DNA from: Nostoc sp. PCC 7120 = FACHB-418
GTDB lineage: Bacteria; Cyanobacteriota; Cyanobacteriia; Cyanobacteriales; Nostocaceae
Direction: 5' to 3'
DNA length: 32,000 nt
Assembly: GCF_000009705.1 (NCBI RefSeq)
Contig: NC_003272.1
Span: forward strand, 1-32,000
The translations under genes were made by a program, and so were the position numbers. Below the pieces are notes generated by a model. The model was not told the origin of the DNA and ran no database searches. It was given only the letters and a program-made list of their open reading frames with translations. Of this stretch, positions 21,221 through 28,284 are shown piece by piece (position 1 is the stretch's first letter; every line of letters begins with the position of its first letter).

Positions 21221-22039
21221 ATGAATTTCTCCTCAGCACGACAATATTTTTATCAAGAGATTCAGCAATCTGAGGTGGATATTGACCTAGCCAGGGCAGC
21301 TTTGTATATTGCCAAGGAAGAATATCCCAAACTGGATGTAGAAGAATATCTGAACGCACTCGATACAATGGCAATGGAAGTTGAGGAACGCTTGCCATCC
21401 TCACGGTATCCGTTACGGGTGATTCAAGGCATTAATGAGTATTTGTATGACGATTTAGGATTTCTGGGGAATCAAAAAGATTATTACGACCCACGCAATA
21501 GTTTCTTCAATGAGGTAATTGACCGTCGAGTGGGTATTCCGATTACTTTAGCCCTCGTTTATCTGGAGATTGCCCAAAGGATTGATTTTCCTATGGAGGG
21601 TGTGGGATTACCGGGACATTTCCTCATCCGTCCAGCTATCTCGGATATGGAGATTTTTGTGGATGCGTTTAATCGTGGCGAGGTGATGTTTGCACAAGAT
21701 TGTCAAGACAAGCTAAATCAAATGTTTAAAGAATCGGTAAATTTGCGACCGGAATTTTTAGCTAGAGTCAGCAAGCGGCAGTTTTTGGCAAGAATGTTAA
21801 CTAATCTCAAATATATTTATCTGAGACAGCAACAATTAGAAAAGAGCTTAGGTGTAGTTGAGAGAATTTTATTACTGTTTCCTGAGACAACTTCAGAATT
21901 GCGCGATCGCGGTTTACTCTACTACCAACTAGGTCATTATCCGCAGGCTACCAATGACTTAGAATTGTACCTAGCCAATGTCCCCAACGCCGAAGATGCA
22001 GCCACTATTAGGCGATTGTTGGGGGAGTTAGGGAGATGA
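21221..22039 (+). CDS. SirB1/UPF0162-type transglutaminase-like protein with C-terminal TPR
   Basis: 272 aa. YYDPRNSFFNEVIDRRVGIPITLALVYLEIAQRIDFPMEGVGLPGHFLIR is the characteristic core of this family. The C-terminus is TPR-like (GLLYYQLGHYPQATNDLELYL). Confidence 0.6.
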   Translation: MNFSSARQYFYQEIQQSEVDIDLARAALYIAKEEYPKLDVEEYLNALDTMAMEVEERLPSSRYPLRVIQGINEYLYDDLGFLGNQKDYYDPRNSFFNEVIDRRVGIPITLALVYLEIAQRIDFPMEGVGLPGHFLIRPAISDMEIFVDAFNRGEVMFAQDCQDKLNQMFKESVNLRPEFLARVSKRQFLARMLTNLKYIYLRQQQLEKSLGVVERILLLFPETTSELRDRGLLYYQLGHYPQATNDLELYLANVPNAEDAATIRRLLGELGR

Positions 22040-22060
22040 AAGGGAAAACTATTAACTATT

Positions 22061-22146
22061 TATTTTGAATTTTGTTAGCGCAGCCTTGCCGTAGGTTATT
22101 TTGAATTTTGTAGCTTGCTTCCCGTAGGGTATTTTGAATTGATTCA
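22061..22146. repeat. Tandem 33-36-bp repeat (2.5 units)
   Basis: Units begin TATTTTGAATT(TTGT) at 22061, 22097 and 22130, and the first two end in CCGTAGG. The repeat lies between two convergent genes, and the third unit contains the stop codon of the SRPBCC gene. Confidence 0.8.
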
Positions 22147-22584
22147 TTGACTTTCCGCTACCCGTTTGAGGCGACGGAGTTGCGCCTGCATATCTTGTTT
22201 CGTCCAGGCGGCCGCGAATGTATTGAAGCCCCAACTAACTAGGGGATTAGGGATGTCAAATTCAAAGCGGTTGATTAGTTGAGTTCCCTGTTCTATGGGT
22301 TGACATTCCCAGCGATCGCTTCCTTGAAAAAATCCCTGAAATGTCCACACTACTAACCCTGGTTGGCGTTCGGACACGACGGTGTTTAAAGTAGGTTGAA
22401 GTAGAGGAATTTGAATGATAAAGCGGCTTTTACTACCGATGTCTGTACTCCACGTTTCACCCACAGGTTCACAGCGCAGGACAGGGTTTAGCCAACGGTG
22501 CATGAGGGTTAAATCAGTAATACAGCGTTCTACGGTACTGGCTGTAGCGTTAATTTGAATCGATTGTTCTAAAACCTGGGACAT
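22144..22584 (-). CDS. SRPBCC (START/polyketide cyclase-like) family protein
   Basis: 146 aa. The N-terminus IQINATASTVERCITDLTLMHRWLNP and the overall size fit the SRPBCC ligand-binding fold. The assignment comes from pattern memory only. Confidence 0.6.
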   Translation of the reverse strand: MSQVLEQSIQINATASTVERCITDLTLMHRWLNPVLRCEPVGETWSTDIGSKSRFIIQIPLLQPTLNTVVSERQPGLVVWTFQGFFQGSDRWECQPIEQGTQLINRFEFDIPNPLVSWGFNTFAAAWTKQDMQAQLRRLKRVAESQ

Positions 22585-22722
22585 GATCGTAACTCTTAAT
22601 TAAGGCATATAGAAAAATTCTTGGCATGAGGCGTTTCTAATACTTTACCCGACAGGGTGAGACAAGACATTTTTTCCTTATATGCTTAATTCTGTTGCTG
22701 CACTACTTAGATTAACCCGATG

Positions 22723-22944
22723 TTACTTGACTTCGCTATTGTCTGCATCATCCTGGTTGCGAGAGTCTCTAGATTGCTTGTGAGATTTCAATGACCCAAA
22801 ACTGTAAGCCATCGCTATTTTCACAATGTCAAAATATGCTGGATGATTTTCTTTGTTGACGATCGCCAGAGATATCGACCCTGCAACTAAGATGACTAAA
22901 ATTGGTGAGAGTGTATCCCCTTTGAAGTTGTTGTTGTTTGTCAT
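22723..22944 (-). CDS. Small single-pass membrane protein
   Basis: 73 aa with a strong GGAGG ribosome-binding site 8 nt upstream of the ATG. One TM helix (LSPILVILVAGSISLAIV) and a charged C-terminal tail. Confidence 0.55.
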   Translation of the reverse strand: MTNNNNFKGDTLSPILVILVAGSISLAIVNKENHPAYFDIVKIAMAYSFGSLKSHKQSRDSRNQDDADNSEVK

Positions 22945-23017
22945 AACCTAACCTCCTAGTAGTTTGAAACCTTTGGCTGGTGGAATGTAGCCAAAGGTAG
23001 GGAATTATGGCGCAAAA

Positions 23018-23257
23018 TTAACTCCAAGACTCAAATATCATGGCGATCGCCAGTAAACAAAAAAGTGAAATTGCCACTCTGGCAATCCAAATCCATGTAT
23101 CTGGCGATCGCAGTAGCATCAGTACGGGGACAACTGTAAAGGTGTGTGAGATGACGAAGGCGATCGCCATACCCACCAGCATTAACAGAAAATATTTCAC
23201 CCCTCTACCAGCCCAAAGTAAAATCACATTTTGTTTGTTGTCGAAATTCGATTTCAT
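23018..23257 (-). CDS. Small multi-pass membrane protein
   Basis: ORF track gives 23018..23281. GGAGGA lies 6 nt before the ATG at 23257 (MKSNFDNKQ...). Two to three hydrophobic helices are predicted. Three HIP1 sites fall within the gene. Confidence 0.55.
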   Translation of the reverse strand: MKSNFDNKQNVILLWAGRGVKYFLLMLVGMAIAFVISHTFTVVPVLMLLRSPDTWIWIARVAISLFCLLAIAMIFESWS

Positions 23258-23286
23258 GATCATTCCTCCGATGTAGAACAAACCTA

Positions 23287-23325
23287 AGCAAAAAGCCGGT
23301 CAGTGCTGAATCACACTACCGGCTT
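23287..23325 (-). terminator. Rho-independent terminator after the 131-aa gene
   Basis: The minus strand reads AAGCCGGT-(17-nt loop)-ACCGGCTT followed by TTTTGCTT. The stem arms are at 23293-23300 and 23318-23325. Confidence 0.7.
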
Positions 23326-23448
23326 GTAAACTTCTCATTTATCAAAAGCCAAATGTCTTTAGAAACTCCACCTATTTAGTTGCAATCAAGATTCTCACCA
23401 AGCTATCAATCTTCCCAACTGTAAAATAGCTATGGCAGATTGAGCAGA

Positions 23449-23844
23449 TTAGGTCTTTTTATTCGCTATCCTCCAAGCTATCCACGTTTCCAGAATTTGG
23501 TCGTATATCGTCTGAATTTCCGCCAATTCTTGCTGAGTCAAACCGTAACGATGACTAATGTGGCCAGAAAGTTCGACAATAGTTTCGTATTTACCCTGTT
23601 TACTACGAGTCACAAACTCACCATGTTGAGTTGCTGATAGAGTCTCAATTAAGAGAAAGGTCATGTGAGAAAAAACTGGCGGTAAATCAACTGAATAACA
23701 TTGTGTAGGGAGGATTTTTGGCTGACTTTTGTCTTCCAGTGCCAATTTAGGCGAAGTTTCCCAAGGGTTATCCTCTATCTTTAGCTGCATTCTGAGAGTG
23801 TTAGAACCCTTAATGAATTCTGGCAATTGTGAGAAGCTATTCAT
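23449..23844 (-). CDS. Hypothetical protein, divergent from the STAND gene
   Basis: 131-aa ORF with normal composition and its own terminator. No family recognised. Confidence 0.5.
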   Translation of the reverse strand: MNSFSQLPEFIKGSNTLRMQLKIEDNPWETSPKLALEDKSQPKILPTQCYSVDLPPVFSHMTFLLIETLSATQHGEFVTRSKQGKYETIVELSGHISHRYGLTQQELAEIQTIYDQILETWIAWRIANKKT

Positions 23845-24349
23845 ATTTAGATGCTCCGTGATGTTGATTGTTGAGATTTACACTAATCTGCTTATCTCAC
23901 ATAGATATAGCTTAGGTATAAGATAATCACATCTAATCAAAATTTGCAAGTACTTTAGTGGCATTTTTTTGACCTAAGAGGTTTTTCAACAAAAATAGAT
24001 GTTTTTATATATATATTTATATCACCAGAGTATATCGATAGGACTTACGCATGAAAACGAAAGATCAAAGGTTTGGACACTTTACACCCCCATACCCTTA
24101 CCCCCGGTTTCAATTCAACAGACAACATGGGTACCTAAGTCTCAATCACAAAAATTCATCCCCAAGGATAAAACGGGGAATTATAGATAAGGATTTTTAC
24201 CTAGTGTGAGTGGCTTAAATGCCTTGGCACCACTAGTAGCAAACATTTATTGTGTAGTTATTGTGAAATGTGTATAAATACCCTTTCCCGAACCCAGTGA
24301 CTGTGTTATAAGAAGTTATCTCACATACTGATAACTAAGTGAATATATT

Positions 24350-27300
24350 GTGTGGAGCCAAGATGAAATGATGATTGCTGCTGATGTGTTTCAGCTTCCA
24401 GAAGATTTCATCACAGGAGTAGCAACCAAATATGGTGTTACAAAAACAGAGCTTGATGCCTTAGTTTTGGCATTACACGATCACTCTGGTGCTGAGATTG
24501 CTGCCAAGCTAGATATTTCTCAACCTGCGGTCAGGAAAAGACTAGGAGAGAGTTACCGCAAATTAGGTATAGAGGGTAAGGGCAACAAAAAAATTAATGG
24601 ACTGAGGCAAAAGCTATATGAGCAATACCAACTCAGTTATCAACACCCTGTATCCTCATCGGAAGACTGGGGGGAAGCTGTTGATGTGGCTGGGTTTCGG
24701 GGACGAAAGGAACCACTTCTAGAATTGGAACAATGGATAGAAGGTAATGGTTCTAATCGTTGTCGCTTAGTCGCAGTCTTGGGAATGGGGGGAATTGGCA
24801 AGACTGTATTAGCGGCGATGGGCGCTAAAAAAGTCCAAAAAGAGTTTGATTATTTGATTTGGCGATCGCTCCGCAATGCTCCATCTCTGGGAGATATTCT
24901 CACACAACTGCTGCGATTTTTAGCTAATGATAACGAAAATGATTTAACAGACACAGATAACAATAAAATAGTCAGACTTATAGATGTTTTAAGAAAAAAA
25001 AGATGTTTGATAATTTTAGATAATGTTGAATCAGTCCTTCGCAGTGGCGAGGGCAAAAATCAAGAATGGGCTGGTGATTATCAACCAGGATATGAAAACT
25101 ACGGCTATTTATTTAAAAAGGTAGCCGAAGCATCTCATGAAAGTTGCTTGTTATTAACTAGCCGAGAAAAACCCAAAGAGGTAGCAGCATTAGAAGGTAA
25201 AAATCTGCCAGTCAAGGTGTTGCAGCTATCAAGTCTCAACTTAGCAGAAGCTAGGGAAATTTTGTTGGATAAGGGGTTTTACTGTACTGATGAACAGTTA
25301 GATGAATTAGTCAGAAGATATTCTGGTAATCCTTTAGCCCTCAAGATAGTGGCGACTACAGTTTATGAGTTATTTAGCAATAACATCAGTGAATTTCTAA
25401 CCCAAATTCACCAGGAAAGTGCTGTATATGGAGATATTCGTACACTTCTAAAACAGCAATTCCAACGACTGTCAGAGTTAGAAAAAAAAGTGATGTATTC
25501 CCTGGGAGCTAATCGTGAGTATGTTTCCTTTAGAGAGCTTAAAGATGATTGGCTAACCACGGAATCGCCAATCAAAGTTATGGAAGCTTTGGAGTCTTTA
25601 TTGCGGCGATCTCTAATCGAGAAGGCTTCGCCTACGCTCATCGAAAAAGCCTCATCCACCCAGGGAGAAAAAGAGGCAGAATCCAGTAAATTTGGACTGG
25701 AATCTGTCGTCATGGAATATATCACCGCCAAATTTATCGAAAATTCTCTAGAGGAATTTAGTCAGACAAAAAAACTAGATTTTATTAACACCTATCCCTT
25801 GATGAAGGCGCGATCGCTTGATTATATCCGCCAGATTCAAGAAAGATTAATATTAGAACCAGTCAAGCAGAAGTTACTCAATATTTTCGGCACAGAACTA
25901 GAACTGCATTTACGCAGAATGCTAGGAACTTTACAAAAAGAACCCCTGCCAAAAAAAGGCTATGCTGCCGGTAACTTGATTAATCTCTTGCGTCAACTGC
26001 AACTAGATAAGATTCCAGATGAATCCCCCATCGATTTAAGTGGGCGAGATTTTTCTGGTTTAACCATCTGGCAAGCGTATTTCAAAGAAGTGAAGTTAAA
26101 AGAAACCATCTTTGCTAACTCTGACTTAACTGGTTCTGTCTTCACTGAAACTATGTCTAGTGTGGTGTCAGTGAAATTTAGTCCTGATGGTAAATACTTT
26201 GCTACAGGTTTGATGAATGGAGAAATTCGCCTATGGCAAACTTCAGATAATAAACAACTGCGTATTTATAAAGGTCATACCGCTTGGGTTTGGGCATTTG
26301 CCTTTAGTCCTGATAGTCGAATGTTAGCTAGTGGTAGTGCTGACTCGACAATTAAGCTCTGGGATGTTCACACAGGAGAGTGTCTAAAAACACTGTCAAA
26401 AAATACTAACAAAGTCTACTCAGTCGCTTTTAGTCCTGATGGTCGTATCTTAGCCAGTGCCAGTCAAGATCAAACAATTAAACTTTGGGATATAGCCACA
26501 GGGAATTGTCAACAAACTCTCATAGGTCATGATGATTGGGTGTGGTCTGTCACCTTTAGTCCAGTCACCGATGATAGACCGTTGTTACTCGCCAGTAGCA
26601 GCGCTGATCAGCATATCAAACTGTGGGATGTTGCCACAGGTAAGTGTCTGAAAACTCTCAAAGGTCATACTAGAGAAGTTCACTCTGTTAGCTTTAGTCC
26701 CGATGGTCAAACCTTAGCCAGCAGTGGCGAAGACAGCACCGTCAGACTGTGGGATGTGAAAACAGGTCAGTGCTGGCAAATATTTGAGGGACATAGTAAA
26801 AAAGTTTATTCTGTACGCTTTAGCCCCGATGGACAAACCCTAGCTAGCTGTGGCGAAGACCGCAGCATCAAACTTTGGGATATTCAACGTGGTGAATGTG
26901 TCAATACCCTATGGGGACACTCTAGCCAAGTTTGGGCGATCGCCTTTAGTCCCGACGGACGTACACTAATTAGCTGTAGCGATGACCAAACAGCCAGACT
27001 TTGGGATGTCATCACAGGTAATTCCCTTAATATCCTGCGCGGTTATACCCGTGATGTTTATTCAGTCGCCTTTAGTCCAGATAGTCAGATTCTCGCCAGT
27101 GGTCGTGATGACTATACCATTGGACTCTGGAACTTAAAGACTGGAGAATGTCACCCCTTACGGGGACATCAAGGACGCATTCGTTCCGTAGCCTTTCATC
27201 CCGATGGAAAAATACTCGCCAGTGGTAGCGCAGATAACACCATAAAACTTTGGGATATCAGTGACACTAACCACAGCAAATATATTCGTACACTTACAGG

Positions 27301-28033
27301 ACATACTAACTGGGTGTGGACAGTGGTCTTTAGTCCCGACAAGCACACCCTCGCCAGCAGCAGTGAAGACCGCACCATCCGCCTGTGGGATAAAGATACA
27401 GGTGATTGTCTCCAGAAATTAAAGGGACACAGCCATTGGGTATGGACGGTAGCTTTTAGCCCTGATGGCAGGATCTTAGCTAGTGGTAGCGCTGACAGTG
27501 AGATTAAAATTTGGGATGTTGCTAGCGGTAAATGTCTTCAAACCTTGACAGATCCTCAGGGCATGATTTGGTCAGTAGCATTTAGTCTTGATGGAACATT
27601 ACTCGCCAGTGCTAGCGAAGACCAAACAGTCAAGTTATGGAATTTGAAAACAGGTGAATGCGTCCACACCCTCAAAGGACACGAGAAACAGGTTTACTCA
27701 GTTGCATTTAGTCCCAATGGACAAATTGCAGCTAGTGGTAGCGAAGATACCACTGTGAAGCTGTGGGACATTAGCACAGGTTCATGTGTTGATACTCTCA
27801 AACATGGACATACAGCCGCAATTCGTTCTGTAGCTTTCAGCCCTGATGGCAGATTGCTTGCTAGTGGTAGCGAAGATGAAAAAATTCAACTGTGGGATAT
27901 GCAAAATTGTAGCCGCCTGAAAACCCTCAAATCTCCTCGCTTGTATGAAAATATGGACATCACCGATATCACAGGTATCACTGACGCTGAAAAAGCTTCT
28001 TTGAAAATGTTAGGCGCAGTTGAAGAAAGTTAA
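24350..28033 (+). CDS. STAND NTPase: GerE/LuxR-type HTH + NB-ARC + pentapeptide-like linker + 14 WD40 repeats
   Basis: 1227 aa. HTH: TKTELDALVLALHDHSGAEIAAKLDISQPAVRKRLGESYRKLGI. NB-ARC motifs: Walker A GMGGIGKT (nt 24782-24805), Walker B CLIILDNVE, LLLTSREKP, and GNPLALKIVA (GxP motif). Linker: DLSGRDFSGLTIWQAYFKEVKLKETIFANSDLTGSVF. Then 14 units of the form GHxxxVxSVAFSPDGxxLASGSxDxTIKLWD, enough for two 7-bladed propellers. The ORF starts at GTG 24350; ATG 24368 is an alternative. Confidence 0.9.
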   Translation: MWSQDEMMIAADVFQLPEDFITGVATKYGVTKTELDALVLALHDHSGAEIAAKLDISQPAVRKRLGESYRKLGIEGKGNKKINGLRQKLYEQYQLSYQHPVSSSEDWGEAVDVAGFRGRKEPLLELEQWIEGNGSNRCRLVAVLGMGGIGKTVLAAMGAKKVQKEFDYLIWRSLRNAPSLGDILTQLLRFLANDNENDLTDTDNNKIVRLIDVLRKKRCLIILDNVESVLRSGEGKNQEWAGDYQPGYENYGYLFKKVAEASHESCLLLTSREKPKEVAALEGKNLPVKVLQLSSLNLAEAREILLDKGFYCTDEQLDELVRRYSGNPLALKIVATTVYELFSNNISEFLTQIHQESAVYGDIRTLLKQQFQRLSELEKKVMYSLGANREYVSFRELKDDWLTTESPIKVMEALESLLRRSLIEKASPTLIEKASSTQGEKEAESSKFGLESVVMEYITAKFIENSLEEFSQTKKLDFINTYPLMKARSLDYIRQIQERLILEPVKQKLLNIFGTELELHLRRMLGTLQKEPLPKKGYAAGNLINLLRQLQLDKIPDESPIDLSGRDFSGLTIWQAYFKEVKLKETIFANSDLTGSVFTETMSSVVSVKFSPDGKYFATGLMNGEIRLWQTSDNKQLRIYKGHTAWVWAFAFSPDSRMLASGSADSTIKLWDVHTGECLKTLSKNTNKVYSVAFSPDGRILASASQDQTIKLWDIATGNCQQTLIGHDDWVWSVTFSPVTDDRPLLLASSSADQHIKLWDVATGKCLKTLKGHTREVHSVSFSPDGQTLASSGEDSTVRLWDVKTGQCWQIFEGHSKKVYSVRFSPDGQTLASCGEDRSIKLWDIQRGECVNTLWGHSSQVWAIAFSPDGRTLISCSDDQTARLWDVITGNSLNILRGYTRDVYSVAFSPDSQILASGRDDYTIGLWNLKTGECHPLRGHQGRIRSVAFHPDGKILASGSADNTIKLWDISDTNHSKYIRTLTGHTNWVWTVVFSPDKHTLASSSEDRTIRLWDKDTGDCLQKLKGHSHWVWTVAFSPDGRILASGSADSEIKIWDVASGKCLQTLTDPQGMIWSVAFSLDGTLLASASEDQTVKLWNLKTGECVHTLKGHEKQVYSVAFSPNGQIAASGSEDTTVKLWDISTGSCVDTLKHGHTAAIRSVAFSPDGRLLASGSEDEKIQLWDMQNCSRLKTLKSPRLYENMDITDITGITDAEKASLKMLGAVEES

Positions 28034-28047
28034 CTTCACAAAAAAAC

Positions 28048-28081
28048 CAGATCCCAACTTCTTCAAGAAGCCAGGGATCTG
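28048..28081 (+). terminator. Hairpin after the STAND gene (possible terminator)
   Basis: CAGATCCC (28048-28055) pairs with GGGATCTG (28074-28081), with an inner CTTCTT/AAGAAG pairing. No clear U-tract follows. Confidence 0.45.
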
Positions 28082-28284
28082 AAGCTTTGCAAATGTTACC
28101 TTGATGAGAAAAAAATGGTTTATAAATACTTCTATAGATATATGTATGTCGGTGTAGATTTTTGGTTTGTTATTCTTTGATAAACATAATTTCCAGAGTC
28201 ATATTTTTGAAATCAGAAAATATTAGACTCTTACACAGGTGTGCATTACCACCAATCAAAATCTATAAAGATAGGTGGTGAAAA

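Noticed and set aside
21219-21404. 61-aa minus-strand ORF at the start of the SirB1-like gene
   Set aside because: It is antisense to the 272-aa gene, whose conserved family core supports the plus-strand frame.
22052-22234. 60-aa minus-strand ORF with repeated FKI.YGK motif
   Set aside because: It is simply the translation of the 33-36-bp tandem DNA repeat, and it overlaps the 3-prime end of the SRPBCC gene.
23040-23926. Plus-strand ORFs 23040..23276, 23440..23637 and 23729..23926
   Set aside because: Each is antisense to a minus-strand ORF that has better features (a GGAGGA ribosome-binding site and TM helices for 23018..23257; a terminator and normal composition for 23449..23844).
24030-24110. 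Possible MITE fragment (GGACTTACGCA..., GGGGGTGTAAAGTGTCC on the complement)
   Set aside because: It is reminiscent of dispersed Nostoc repeat ends, but I found no matching inverted partner or target duplication nearby. I cannot confirm family membership without a genome-wide search.
24105-24150. CRISPR-repeat-like string GTTTCAATTCAACAGACAAC...
   Set aside because: It resembles the 5-prime end of some cyanobacterial CRISPR repeats but occurs only once. No spacer-repeat periodicity exists and no cas genes are in the window.
23999-24190. 63-aa ORF in the divergent spacer upstream of the STAND gene
   Set aside because: It starts in a TA-rich low-complexity stretch, has no ribosome-binding site, and shows odd composition. 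The region more likely holds promoters and operators.
24850-27378. Minus-strand ORFs inside the STAND gene (24850..25056, 25408..25731, 27158..27346, 27196..27378)
   Set aside because: They are antisense to a continuous 1227-codon ORF with clear domain motifs. No independent support exists.
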